Part shown: positions 49,791-63,472 of the stretch, piece after piece
Position numbering within the stretch: position 1 is the first letter of the stretch
How the letters are laid out: every line of letters starts with the position of its first letter
Assembly: GCF_018350175.1 (NCBI RefSeq)
Contig: NC_058383.1
Location: 10,294,001-10,358,000 of the forward strand
Length of the DNA: 64,000 bases
Direction of reading: 5' to 3'
From: Felis catus
Lineage: Eukaryota
Notes under the pieces: generated by a model
Seen by the model: the letters and a program-made list of their open reading frames with translations, nothing else
Database searches by the model: none
What the model was told of the DNA's origin: nothing
Position numbers and translations under genes: made by a program

Positions 49791-52700
49791 ATTTAAAATA
49801 GGGTTTGACAAAAAGCATCAGCGTAAGCGTCATTTATGACCCAACTAGTCAGGACCCTACTTATGGAAAAAGTGAGATCCGCTGTGTCTCAAGCCTAGGT
49901 CAGTTGCTTTCCAGGGTCTGAACTATGACCCTTTCTCCTACCCTGGCCACTGCTGGAGGCATGGCCTCTAGGGGGACATTTCATCCTCATCCTAGGTCTC
50001 CCTGCCTCCAGTCTCTCTCTGCCCCAGCCTCCTCCCTTCTGCTTAAATGATATTTTTAGATCTGATTGTGTCATTTCCCTGCTTATAGCCTCCTGTGGCT
50101 CCCCATCTTATCCATGAGAACATTGTAAGCTCTTTGGCCTTCTGTTTAAGACTCTTCATCCTCACTAAAGACTTCCATTGCCAGTTCTGTGCTGACAGCC
50201 CTTGTGGACATCATCACTGAGATGTCCCAGATGCTGCAAAGCCATCAGATTCTAGGGAAGTTCAGTGATGGCCCCAGATCAGCTCTCCCTCCACTGTCTC
50301 ATCACCACCTGCAGTACCCCCTTCCTCCCTGCTTCCCGGACACCTCCTTCTCCCTCCCTCAACCACCTACGTCCTGTTACCAAGTCCTATGAACGTTACC
50401 TCCTAAGCCCCTCTTGTGTGTCCCCTCTTTTAAACAGGCTTTATCCTGACCTGCTCACAGGTCACCAGAACCATTTCCTACAGCATAGATGCACCAGCTT
50501 AAATTTTTTAATAACTTCCCATGGCCTCCAGGGACAGATCCTGGGTGCCTGCCTGGCACCCTCTAGGAGTCCCCCTGCCCTCTCCGCCCCCCTCCATCTC
50601 TGTGCCCATGACAGCTCCTCATTGGACCTACCTGGCAAACCCCTGTTTCTTTTGCCAGATTTGCCTCCAGAGCTAATCTTTCCCATGCCATCCACACCTC
50701 CCAGGTGGCACGGTCCCTCCTTCCAAATGACAACCATGGCACCCAGGACACTCCACCTGTTTCCTTTCCTTGGCCAGGACCATGCTTGGTTTTTCTCCGT
50801 GCCGCAGAGCCTGGCACAGGCCTGGGATACAGTGGCCACTGGCAAATGTTTGCTCAACACTGAGAGGGTAGTTGGAGTAGTTGGGGAGGAACGGAACCAC
50901 CAGATGCTTTGGCACTAGCTGGGTTTGGTGCCCCACAGTCATGTCATGTTTGAGCTCTGTGGTGATCTGGGGAGTCACTGGCCGGTCTGTGGGGAGGGCC
51001 TATGGATGGGTGGCTGATGTGGCTCTAGCTGGGCCCGGGCCCTGTGAGAGGCTTTGCATGTGTGTCCCCAACCCTCCCGGCCCCTCCCCTTAGAGATCAC
51101 CTGGGTCAGTCACCCCTCCCCCACCCCGGCTGGGTTCTTCTCACCTTCACTTCCTCTTCTTGTCCTCCCCCTCCCCCTCCTCCTCCTCCAACAGCTGCCC
51201 ACTGTTCTGGTAAGACAGTGGCCTCCTTGTTTCTCAGTCTGAGTGGCCGAGCAGCAAGGTGCAGCCTCCCTCCCACCCCTCCAGCCCTCCTCCCCAGCAT
51301 CTCCGCAGGACCATACGCGGTTCCCCACAGCCCCCAGCTGACGGTCTCCCCATCCCGTGTGCTGCCCCACGGCTGCTGTGGTTCTCACTCTGATTCTCCA
51401 TGGCCACGTGCAACAGCCAGTCTCTGCTGCTTGACTGGACACTTTTCAAGGGCAAGGATGCAGAGGGCTTTTCTCAGAATCCTTAGAACCTAGCCCGGGC
51501 TGGCCCAGGAAGAGCTCAATAAATGGTTTAAAATGGGATCGTATCAAAATGGTTTACGACTCTCTGCTGTCCTCTCACCCAGAGGTAAGATATCATTTGA
51601 GGGGCACAAGGATAGGCTCCCAATGAGGGAGCCCATGACTGGACTTTTGGGGTGTTTGCATTCTCACTAGGGAAGGTCCTAGGACCTTCTGGGAGGGGGA
51701 GTGGCTATGAGGGGGCAGGCACTGAGAACCTTTCCTTGTCTGGGCCGCGAGCATTATGGATCCAACAGCAGAGGGTCTCCACCCAGTGTCCCATGCCTCT
51801 CTCCTGCCTGGGGTCCCTTCTCTTCCCTGGGGTCCCCTCCTCTGGCCTCCTCAGCCCTCAGCACGTGAATCTGGTGCGCAACCTGGCTCAGGGCCTCCAA
51901 GCACACAGAGCAGCCCCGGGTCCCTGGTGGCAGCGTGGCTGGGAGGAAGCCACCCGCCCAGGTCTAAGCTCCCCACATGGGTTCCCGTCTCCGCCCCCTG
52001 TACCTCCCGCCAGTGCCTAATGGCTTCCGTCTGCCCCACTGACTCACGGGGCTCCAGCTGTCAAGGTTTAAAAAATTTCCAAATTCCTCCCCACCCTGCC
52101 TTTCCAGGCTCTTTCCCCAGCTCTGGCCCCCTGGTGGCACCCCATATATCCAACCATATATCCAACCAGCTGCCCCTTCTCGTACTGGGAGTAGGGGAGT
52201 GAGGGTAGAGAGGGGCTTCTGTGAGGGGCAAGATCCCTCTCTCCCAGGGGAGGCCCTGACAGCAGCAGAGAATAGGAGAGCTGGAACACCAGGGTTAAAG
52301 GGGCCATCGGGACAACCTCCATTTTATAGATGGAGAAACTGGAGGCCCAGAGCCAGGAGTCGAGCAGGGTGTAGGACGCAGGCCTTGGGACCCTGCTTAA
52401 GAGCTCTCCTCTGCCCCTTCCTTCCTCTGCTCTCTTCGTTCCTTCCATTTGTTACTCTCCCCTTGGGCCATGGGAAACACAGCTTCAGCCTGGCCTGCTC
52501 TTCCCCAGGGACCAGGGCCACTTGGTGACCAGGAGGGGTCTCTCCATGCCCCCCACCCCCTGGCCTCTCCCCAGCTGGCCTGCTTCTCCCCTGTCCCTCA
52601 GGATATCTCCTGAAGAAGTGTTTGTACCTAAACAGTATTTCCAGGGCAACTTGCATTCCTGGGGGGTGGGTGGCCAGAAGGGGGCAGAAGGAACGGGTCT

Positions 52701-55700
52701 AGCTGTGATGCCCCGTGACCCACAGCCCCTCTGGGTTTATGGGACTCGGGGCCTGGGAGCCTGTCTCACCCTTGATCTTGGACAGAGCCCGAGGATGATT
52801 GTAGGAGCCTCCCTGCCCCCCACTCCCTTTTACAGTGCATCTTCCACGGATGGACTCTGTGTGTTTGCGGGCGGGGGTGGGCAGAGTCCAGAAGTTCCCT
52901 CAGCCTTCGGAGGCAGAGGGGCAACCATGGGGGTGAACAGCTCCCTCTTCCTTCTCTCGCTTCTCAGGGAGAGTGTCAATGCTGAGCACCCTCCCCCAGG
53001 CTGTCCCCCTCCCGCCTATATGCCTCTGTCTATTCCTCGTTATTTCTAAGATGAAGCCCTACCCCCTTGGCATCACTCTCCAGGCCGAGGGGGGCAGTGT
53101 CTATCCATTTCTGCAGCCCCACCTTGCCCTTCTTCCTACCGCTCCTGACATACACCTGCCCTTGGACAGCCCCTCCACGCTCCCCGGCCAGGCCTCTGTA
53201 TCTGGCCCCCTTCTCCTTCAAACCCAGCTTGAGGGTCAAGCCTCCTCCTCCAGGCAGGCTTCCTTGGGCTGCCAGAGGGAGCTGACCACTGCCCCGCCAG
53301 AGCTAATGCTCTGCGGCTCGGGCCTCCATGTGTTCAGCGTCCCTGGCTCTCAGCCTGCGTCCCTCTCTCCCAGAGTAACTCTAGGGAGGGGTCCCAGTGA
53401 CTCCGAGCCATGGTACCAGAGTCCAAATCCCAGACAGCCTGGATTGGCCAGGCTTTTGTGGAAATGTCCTCAGGGAGGGCCTAGACCTTGGGCCACTCTG
53501 GCCCGGACTTCACTAAGACCCTGGCTGGAGAGGAACATGGCGGGATGATCAGGCCAGACCGGCAGGAGGCCAGAGGGTGCGGCCCAGGCTGGGTGACCCA
53601 GTGGGAGCTGTGTGACAGAGCCGGACACGAGGAAGTGTGATGGGGAAGGAGGGTGGGTGGGCCTGGGTTCCTTGCTGACACACCCCACTGAACGGCGCCA
53701 GTGAGCCCCCTCCCCCCTCACTGTCCCCCTCCTTCTCATTAAGCCCCATACTAAGTGCCCCCCCCCCCCACCTTGCTCTCCAGGCACACTCAGCATAGCT
53801 CCGGGCCGCCAGGTCCTGCTGCTGTGGCCTCTTCCCAGGATCTGGCCTAGAGCCGGGCATTTTCTGGGGAGACCTCCGGTCGGTTCCCCCTCCTCGGCAT
53901 GCTGGGAATGCGGCCCCTACACAAGCAGACCCCCTCTGCCGCGGGAGAGGAGCTCAGTCCGATGGACTTTTAAGGACTGAACAGGGAGTGAGCTCCATCC
54001 CTGATCGGGCCAAGCTGTCCTCCGGATCTGGCCCGGTCTCCGAGGGGCTTGGCCGGGTGCCCCGGTGGGGAGAGGTCTCAGTGCTGACATCAGGCCTGAA
54101 CTGGAGCTGGAAGCAGGCTAGGTCTAGCTGGGCTCCTGTCCCTTTTTTGTCCCCACTTGGGTGGTGCTGAGGGCTGAGGTGCCCTGCCCGTCTCTAGCAA
54201 TCGGGGCCTCTGGTCCCGACTGCTCACCCTGACCGGAGGCCCCTCGGTGCTTCTCAGAGGGGGCTGGGGATGATGGATGTAGTGGTCCCCATGACCACAG
54301 CTGTCATTTTGCAGTGCTAGCCCCTTTCCTGGCTTGGCCCATGTCATTCTCCAATGGCCCTGTGTTTTCTTACCACTCCCATTTTATAGTTGAGAAAAGT
54401 GAGGCACAGAGAGATTAAGTATCTTGTCCAATGCTTTCCAGCTGATAGATGGCACAGCCAGGATTTAGACCCAGTCCTTTGGCTCCCAGTCTTGGGGGAC
54501 AGAAGATGGGACGGAGGTAAAGTAACACCCCCCCTTCCGTGTCCCCTGTGATCTCTCCCTTTTCACTGCACTTTTGGACGATTCTACCCACCTCGGGCTG
54601 TCAGGCGGCTCTTTGCCCGTCTGTGCACGTGGCTCCTGAGCCTACACGCTTGTGTCATCCAGATCCAGAGGCTCTGGCCAATGTGACTATGACACTTGGG
54701 GGCTTGTGCTCAGCCCTTGGGCCTCCTAGGCTTGCCTAGTCTTTCCCCATAGGCTGGAGACAGACTCCCCTGCCCCCATCCCCCTCGGGCTGGTAATGGG
54801 TCCCTGGCTCCTGGGTGTGGCTTTCAGGCCTCGAGACTCTCCACTACCCAGTTCTGCCCCTCTGCACTGCAGGCTCTGGCTTCCCCATCGGTCCCAGGGC
54901 TCCAGGAGGGCATGGCCGTGTCTAGGTCATCCTGGCTTCCTGGCACTGCCTTTTGCAGGGAAACCTTGGCTGGGAGTTCGGCCAGAGCCTGGGGAGAGGA
55001 CACACTCGTGAGGAAGCCCTGGGGACTATTTATACCTATCTTGGCACAGAGGTTCTTCTGTGGACCAGGTGAGCCCGTGCGTGGGTGGGGGATCTGGCAG
55101 CCTTCTTTGTCTCTCTTCCCCAGGGCTGTGCACGGTCCCTGATCACAGTCTTGGTCTGAGACGATGGTCTGAGTGAGGGCAGGGCCCTGTGCTAGGACAC
55201 TGGTCTCAAAGTGCATGTGCACTGACCTGCGTGTATATCTGTGTGCGTGCGTTTGTGTGCGTGTGCACATGCCCTGAGTGTGGCTCTGCCCTAACTTGGG
55301 AGGCTTGCTTTTAGGGAGACATCATCTTGCTCTGAAACGATGGTCTGAGGGTGGAGGCACGGCCCTGCAGGGAGGCGTGTGGGGGACCTGGGGTGGGTGC
55401 CGAGAGACAGGAGGCAGCTCAGGTCACCTGCTCCTTGACTGCACAGGAACGGGCTTCCCACTCTCGGTCAAGTCTGGGGATCTGGGTGGTGGAGATGCAG
55501 GGGGGATGCGGGCTCATGGAGGGAAATAGGGGCAGGGTGTTGAGATGAGCAGCCTCACTTGCCCCAGACTCCTGGCCCCTTCTTCATTCCCTGGACGCGG
55601 AGCAGGTGGCAGACTTCCTTGAATGTCCCGCCCCAGCCCTGCTGTCTGGGTCCCAGACGTGCCTCGGTTTATGGGCCGATGTTCCCTCCCTGGCCAGCTT

Positions 55701-56349
55701 GGCGGTCACTTCAGACATGCTCGTGCCTGGATGCCCCCCGCCTTGCTGAGGACGGAGAACACAGTCTGCCTCCCCCAGCCCCAGCCGCCCCCGCCCTGCT
55801 AATCCCGAGCGAGCGGCAAGGCCAAGAATGTCTTGCATGCTCTGGCGGGCGAGCTAGCCACGAAGCCTGCTGGAGGGGCATGAATCACGGCCCCCGCCTG
55901 CCAAGTGCTCACTTGGGACGTGTTCGAGGCTGGCTGTGCCCAGAGTTGATGGGGAGAAGGGAGGGACGCAGAGCTGGCAGCTGGGATGGGCAGACAGAGC
56001 AATTTTGAGGGGAGAGATGTCTGCTGGACTCATCCCTGGTGGCAACACGGAAATTATGTTATAGAATTTTAGGAGCCTGGAATCAGAGTATTGACTTCTC
56101 CGCATTCCACAGTCTGAAATGCAAGATTCGCGGAATGTCGCATGGCACCCCTCGGGCAGCACATGAGCGCCAAGACCCCGCTCTGCAGGTGGGGACGGGG
56201 AGCCTCTGAGAGGGCAGAGAGGTCCCGCGTGGAGTCAGGGTGAGGGCCCTCGCGCTTGGGGAGGAGGAGCATCGATGGGAGCATCGATGGTGGAGGAACC
56301 CCTCTCGCTCCTCCCACTTACTCCGAGCACCTGAGCCACCCCACGGAGA

Positions 56350-57880
56350 CTCTTGCCTCCCTCTCTGCAAAATCCCCCTGCCTCGCCGGCCTGCCCCTCC
56401 CCTCGGTCCCCAGCACCAAGGGGGCCCGCCGGATGCCCGCTCCTGCCGTCTCTACCTGCTCACTCACTTATCCAAACGCTGTCCGCCAAGGGGTGGATGT
56501 CCTCTGGCCACAGAGACCTCACCCCAGCCATCTCCCTGCTCTCCCGGGTCTGCAAACGCTTCCTAGTCTTAGTGTGACACCACACTCCATTTGCCATCAT
56601 CCTGGAATAAGAAAAGTCCCTCCAAGGGCTCCATCTACCCACTCTCCCTGCTGCCCGCAGCTTTCTCCATCTGTCCATGGCCAAGTTTCTTCAAAGAGAT
56701 GTCCACGCTTCCCATGCCTCACTTCCTCACTGCCCACTCCCTCCGGAACCCTCTCTGGCTTGGCTTCCACCCCCATCCCCAGCGCTCCACGGACGGACGG
56801 AGGGAGGGATGCTGGAGCTTTTGTGGCTAAGTATCACTCTTCCTCTCCTGCCCGCCCCACCCTCCTGCCCGGCCAGCCCCACCTGCCTCAAAGCCCCCGC
56901 CCATCCTGGCCTCTTCCTGCCTCCCCCAGAACCTCCCTCTTAGCTCATCCTCACGCTGGTAATCCACCCAGGCCCCCTTCTCTCGGTGTCATCTTCCTGG
57001 TGGCTGACTGCCTCCACTCTCCCCATCCGATCGCCAGCCCGGCCGTCCCCGGGGCTCCAGACGAGCAGGTGCAGAACCAGGTTGATGTGCCCACTGGGGT
57101 GACCCACCGGTCCGTCCACTCAGCTGCCCAGGCTCCTGCAGCCCTGCTCCTCCCCAGGGCTCCCCCTTTTCAGTGAAGGACCCCACTACCTACCTGATTC
57201 GTGGGCAGAGACTCTTCGTTTCCCTCGCCCCCCACCCTTGGTCCCGTTGGTCAGCCAAGGCCAATCCATGCGATCCAGTGACCTTATCCCGCGACGGCCA
57301 TTGCCATCCTCCTGAACTCATCCTTTCTGGCCTAGACTGTTACAACATCTGCAGCACTGGTCTCTGCCCCACCAGCTGGCCCTCCGTGGGAGCCAGGGAG
57401 ACCTCTTCAAATACAAACCTGATGCCGCTACTTCCCAGCTCAATACCCTTCATGGCTTCCCGCTGCCCACTGGCCCCTCAGGGCCCTCTGTGGCCAGGTC
57501 CTTGACCGGCCCCCCCCCAGCCTGACCCAGCCCAGCACCCCCACCTCGCGTTCCGTCCGCCTCCAAATGCTCATCAGCCCCAACTGCTTTGTTCTGATTC
57601 TTTCTGCTAATCTTTCACAGGCGGTTCCTCCTGCCTGGAATGCACGTTCCCTTTTTCGTCTCGACAAACTGCCTGCCCAAGCCGGAAGTCCCGTCCAGGT
57701 CATCTCCGTGCTCTGGCGGCACCCCACACATGCCACGCTCTGTGCCCACACTGCCTTGCTGGGTCCCCCACTCGACGGCTAACTCCGAGATCAGGGCTAT
57801 GCTCGATCCTTCTGGGCCTCTCCAAGGGCCTGGGGTTCAGGGAGTGCTCAACATGTACTTCCTGAATGAACCAATGAATC
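56350..57880 (+). mobile_element. Degenerate L2 fragments (similar at ~50000-50880)
   Basis: Pyrimidine-rich L2 3' motifs (tggcttccacccc, ggttcctcctgcctggaatgc, gtgctcaa...tgaatgaa). Confidence 0.55.
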
Positions 57881-58911
57881 TGTGGTCCCAGGAAGGCTTT
57901 AGTCCTCTCTTTGGGGACCCTGCTGAGATGATGTGACCTGAGCCCCTTGCTCTGCTCCTGGCCCGGGGGTCCGACAGTCTGAGTTCTGAGTATCTTTGCC
58001 ACAGGCTGATGGCCGGTGGGTGGGGGAACTTATTCTCCCCCTGGGGCTTCTAGCCCCATGGGAGAGGGGCAGAGGGGGGTGCGAGCCTGGGAGCTAGGAG
58101 CGCTGGCAGCCATTGGAGCAGAGGGAAGGGTGGTTAGGGGATCACGGGCCTTGCCTGGGCTGCCACTTGGTTTCACCTCTGGGGCACCAGGGCCTTTGAG
58201 GGTTCAGCTGGGGAGGGGGCATGAGACCTGTCTCCCCACCCTTCTTCAGCCTTGTCCTGGAAGCCCAGGCCGAGAAACCAGGGGTGGAGAAGCCAGCGGA
58301 GAAATGGAGTTTATACAACAGCATTCAATATGTTTGCAATAAAGGGGAAATGGAAAAAATGTTAATTTAATTTTGTCCGTGCCCTGGGGACAATGCTCAT
58401 GGCTCTGAGCTTTCCAACTGCCACCCTGTCCAGCCCTGCTCGAGAAGACTCCAGGGAGTGAGGGAATGTGGGGTCGAAGGGTGAGATGGTCTGAACCCCT
58501 TGTCCCAGAATGTCCTCCTACTCTCTGTCACTGTGCCGGCTCCCCCCCCCCCCCCCCCCCCCCGCCATAAAGCTGCCCACTCAGGGCTCCCAGAGCCATG
58601 TGCCTTTTAGCCAAAGGACAGCTGCTCACTGGATTTGCCTCCCAGAGGAGAGCCTGGGGTTCTGAAAAAGACCCCAGGCTGGGAGCCCCTTTTGCCTTGA
58701 TCTATCATTGCCCCAAACATCTGTGATCCCCATGTCTGCCCCGCTGCCTGACTGTAGAGCTGTTGACTTCCCTGCCTGGGGGCCTCTTCATGTCCCTCCA
58801 ATTGTCACCTTTGGAGAGGTAGGGGAGGCACAGGCCTCGGGAACACAGCCTTCGGCTCCTTCAGGGGCTCCCAGGTGGTGGTGGCTGTCACCCCAGCTGC
58901 CCTCATATTGA

Positions 58912-59410
58912 TGTCATTGATTTAGGTTCTTCTGAAAGTAGCCTTTGAGACAATGACTTGGGTGCAGCTCTTTTATTCAGGAAGAGATCCCAGGAAACAC
59001 AGGGAGCGGGAAACAGGGAAGGGAGAAAAGCCAACGAAAGGTGTGCGAATGAGCAGACACTGGGGCTCACTCCCCCTGGGGATCCTTTGACAACGCTTTC
59101 CCATAGAATCTTCTATGATGATGGGAAAGTTCTAAATCTACGTTGTACAGTACGGTAGCCATGCGGGCTCCCGAGTACCAAAAATATGGTTGGTGCAACT
59201 GAAGAAATGAATTGCTACTTTTATTTACCTTCATTTAACTGTAGGACATCCCTCGGGAGCCCGTGCCTGGGGGGATAAAGTCCCCCCACATTTCTGGGTG
59301 GCACCCAGCAAGTTCTCTTGGTGTCAGAGCGCCCCGACACAAAGAAAGGCAGAGGCAAGAGCCATAGGTGGGAAGCCACCACCTGCCAGGAACCCGCCAA
59401 TAGCCGGGCA
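58912..59410. mobile_element. Ancient ERVL-type solo LTR interrupted by a MER3-like fragment (~59090-59240)
   Basis: tgagacaatgacttgggtgca..tttatt..gatcccaggaaacac..cagggaaggga..agccaa; MER3 motif tgatgatgggaaagttcta...cagtacggtagcca. Confidence 0.6.
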
Positions 59411-60179
59411 AACTCAGGTGGGCGAGGCATCTACGGACGCCTCTCATTGGCTGATAGCTCACGTGCGTTCCCAGTTCTCACGCCCCACAATGTCCTCTCC
59501 CCTGTGAGTATCTCCAGGAGGCCCTCGGGACGAGTCACCTGTTTCCATGCTCCGTTGGTCTCTTCCTCTCCGTAGCATTGTCACTCTCCACTGTCACGAT
59601 GATGGATCTCCATGCCACCTTCCCTCTTTCCTGGAAGGCCCACCTGCCACTCAAGGCCGCGTTTGCCACACTGTGCTATTTTATGAGCAACTAAAATAGA
59701 AGGGATCTGTTGTACAACACGGGGAATAATTGACTATAACTGGAGATGCAAATCACAGTTTTTAATTATTTCACTCATGTCCTTTTTGGGGATGAGGAAG
59801 GGTCTGTTTTCTGTTTACTTAATAGAACCTAAGTGCCAGGAAGGACTTAGCACAGAGGAGACAACAGATGTTTGTTGAATGAACGGATGAATGAATGTAT
59901 GGGAAATACCAATCCTTACACTCAAGGCCCTCACATCTGGTGGGTGGCTGCGGGTGGGAGATTGGGTCCAAGATCCCAGGAAGAGATCCCAGGAAACACA
60001 GGGAGAGGGAAACAGGGAAGGGAGAAAAGCCAACAAAAAGTGTGCGAATGAGCAGAGCCTCCTGTAGGAGGCTTAGTGGAGGACCTGAGGAGGTCTGCGT
60101 CCTGGGAAGCTCAGGAAAGTCTTCCCATGTGTCCCGAACTCCAATCTGTACCCCAGCCAGTTGGCCAACACTCTATGTT

Positions 60180-60378
60180 TTTTTTTTCTATCTTTATTTG
60201 TTTATGTGTTTGTTTTGAGAGAGAAAGAGAGAGGGAGAGAGAAAGCATGCATACGTGTGAAGCAGAGAGAGAGGGGGACGGAGAATCCCAAGCAGGCTCT
60301 GCGCTGTCCGCGAAAAGCCCGACTTGGGGCTTGATTTCACAAAACACAAGCCACCAACTGAGCCACCCGGGCGCCCCC
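60180..60378 (-). mobile_element. Carnivore SINE (partial + strand SINE head at ~60407-60495)
   Basis: Reverse-complement consensus; CAACACTCT flanks both sides. Confidence 0.85.
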
Positions 60379-60679
60379 AACACTCTTTATAAATTAATTT
60401 ATTTCAGGGGTGCCTGGGTGGCTTGGTTGGTTAAGCATCTGACTCTTGGTTTCGGCTCAGGTCACGATCTCATGGTTTGAGGGATCAAGCCCTGCATTTT
60501 ATTGGGGTTTAATTTCCACACAATAAAGTGCAATCATTCAAAGTTCTATAAGTTCTGACAAATTCTAGAGACCCATGTGATCTCCAGCGCAATCAAATAT
60601 AGAGGATGGCCAGCACTGCAGAAAGTCCCCTCCCTGCCCCTTTACAAACCGGTCCCAGACAACCGCCTACCTGCTTTTT

Positions 60680-61100
60680 TTTTTTTTTTATTGTTTTGAT
60701 TTTTTTTTTTTAATTTTCAGACTTTCATGAAATCATTGCTAAAATTTACTACACAGTGGGTCATCAATCAATTTTTAACGAATTTCTAAAGCCGAGCATG
60801 TTTATTGACCAGAATTAAAATTAAGCTGTAATATCCAAAAACCAACCCTAAAACTCTCTTGTTAAAAAATATTTTTAAGAAGGTTATTTATGTATTTATT
60901 TTTAATGTTTATTTATTTATTTTATTTTTTAATTTTCTTTTTTAAAATTTATATCCAAATTCTTTAGCATCTAGTGCAACAATGATTTCAGGGGTAGATT
61001 CCTTAGTGCCCCTTCCCCACTTAGCCCATCCCCCCTCCCACAACCCCTCCAGCAACCCTCAGTTTGTTCTCCATATTTATGAGTCTCTTCTGTTTTGCCT
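60680..61100 (-). mobile_element. Young feline-type L1 3' end with extra 3' sequence, bounded by a 15-bp TSD
   Basis: gatttcaggggtagattccttagtgcccc..ttagcccatcccccctcccacaacccctccagcaaccctc; TSD GCCTACCTGCTTTTT at 60665 and 61101. Confidence 0.8.
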
Positions 61101-61453
61101 GCCTACCTGCTTTTTGTGACTGTGGACCACTTTCTTCTTTCTCTAGAGTTTCAGATACAGAGAATCATATAGAATCATTCGGATACAGACTATCATATAG
61201 TCTCCACAGTTTCTTTCACTCAGCATGCTTTTGAGATTCATCCGTGTTGTTGAGTATACCAATAATTCCATTGGATGTACCATTTGTTCATTCATTCACA
61301 GGCTGATAGATATCAGGGAAATTTTCAGTGTTTGGCTGTTATGCATAAAGCTGTTACGAACACAGGTTGTAAAAGCCTCTGTGTAATCATAGGTTTCCAT
61401 TTCTCTTGGGTGTCACTTCGACACTTAAATTTTTTTCTTTTTAAATATTATTT

Positions 61454-61670
61454 TGGGGCACCTGGGTGGCTCAGTCGGTAAGTGTCTGACTTCGGCTCAG
61501 TTTGTGATCTCGCAGCTCATGAGTTTGAGCCCCATGTAGGGCTCTGTGCTGACAGTTCAGAGCCTGGAGCCTGCTTCAGATTCTGTGTCTCCGTCTCTCT
61601 CTGCCCCTCCGCATCTCACACTCTCTCTTTCCCTCTCAAATATAAAATAAACATTAAAAAAATAAAAATT
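61454..61670 (+). mobile_element. Carnivore SINE
   Basis: SINE head and A tail. Confidence 0.92.
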
Positions 61671-63244
61671 ATTTTAAATTTATTTTTCCTTTAAAAAATA
61701 TTTTAAAAATGAGAAATATTTACCTGCCACTGAGTTAGAAAGATATGCTCCTGTTTTCTTTTAGAAACTTTGTAATTTCACTCTTCGCTTCTGGGTCTAG
61801 GATCCATCTCGAATTAATTTTTGTGCACGTATGTAGAAGGGATCAAGTTTTGTTTTTTTTCCATATAGATATTCGGTTATTCTAGCACCAGTTGAAAAGT
61901 CTTAACCTCATTGAATTGCATTGGCACCTTGTTGAAAATCAATTAACTCTACAGTGTGTGGCTCTATTTTTGGACTTCTCCATCTATTTAGGTCCCTTTA
62001 TATTTCTTTCAGGAACATTTTGTAGTTTTTAGTATTCAAGTATGGTACCTCCTTGGTTAAATTTGTTCCTAAGGGTTTTTCTTTTGGATGTTATTGTAAA
62101 TGGAATTGTTCTTTAAATGTCTTTTTTGCACTGTTTGTGGCTAGTGTATAGAAAGACAACTGATTTTTTGTGTATTGATTTTGCATTCTGTAACTTTGGG
62201 GGAGTCATTTATTGTTTTTTTTATAGGTATGTGCATAAGAGTGTAAATTCTTTAGAATTTTCTACACATAGGACCATGTATTATGTGACTAGAGATTGTT
62301 TTATTCCTTTCCAATTTGGATGCCTTTTATTTCATTTTCCTGCCTAATCATTGTGGCCTGAACTTCTAGTACTATGTCTAATAGAAGTGGCAAAAGTGGG
62401 AATCCTTGCCTTTGACCTTAAGGGAAAAGCTTTCAGCCTGTCACCACTGAGTATGATGTTAGCTGTGGGTTTTATGTATGTGTCCTTTATCTTGTTGGGG
62501 ACTCCCTCTTCCGTTCCTACTTTATGGAATTTTTTAGTTTTAATCATGGAAGAGTATGGAATTTTGTCAAATGCTCTTTCCACATCCATTGAACTAATAA
62601 TCATGTCCTCCTTCATTCTCTTGATGTATTTTGCATGGCTTGTTTTCCACATGTTGCATTCTGGGGAGAAACGACATTGGGTCATAGTGTATAATTCTGT
62701 TAATATGCTGCCATATTCACTTTGCTAATAATTAATTGAGGGTTGTTGCATCTATATCCACAAGGGCTGTTAGTCTCTAGTTTTCTTGTAGTGTCTTTCT
62801 CTGGCTTTGGTATCAGGGTAATTCTGGCCTTAGCGAGTATTCCCTCCTTTTCCGTTTTTCAGAGGAGTTTGAGAAGGATTGATGTTAATTCTTCCTTGAA
62901 TGTTTGGTACAATTCACCAGTGAAGCCACCTGGTCCTGGCCTCTTCTTTGTTGGAGGTTTTTGATGACTGACTCAATCTCCTTACTTATTATAGGTCTAT
63001 CCAGATTTTCGATTTCTTTTTGGGTCAGTTATTACTTTGTGTGTTTCTAAGAATGCATCCATTTCAGCTAGGCTATCTAACTTGTCGACATACAGGTCAT
63101 TATAGTATTTTCCTAAGACCCTTTTTAGTTCCAGGAAGTCAGTAGCAATGTCCCTGCTTTCATTTTTTATTTTGGTAACTTGACTCTTCCCTACTCTTTT
63201 GCTTAGTCAATCTAGCAAAAGATTTGTCAATTTTGTTGTCTTTT

Positions 63245-63270
63245 CTTTTTTTTTTAAATCTATTTATTTT

Positions 63271-63306
<36 letters not shown>

Positions 63307-63472
63307 CTGAGTGGGATTGGGGCAGAGACAGAGGGAGAGAGAGAATCCCAAGCAGGTTCTGCACAGTCAGTGAGGAGCCGAGCGTGGAACTTGAACCCAT
63401 GAACCGCAAGATTATGACCTGAGCCAAAACCAAGAGTCAGATGCTTAACTGACTGAGCCACCCAGGCGCCCC
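63245..63472 (-). mobile_element. Carnivore SINE
   Basis: Reverse-complement consensus. Confidence 0.92.

Noticed and set aside
56256..57176. 306-aa Pro/Ser-rich ORF
   Set aside because: C-rich decayed L2-like sequence with no domain or splice support.
62344..62685. Reverse-transcriptase-like ORF
   Set aside because: A decayed L1 ORF2 remnant broken by stops, frameshifts and SINEs; not an active or novel RT system.
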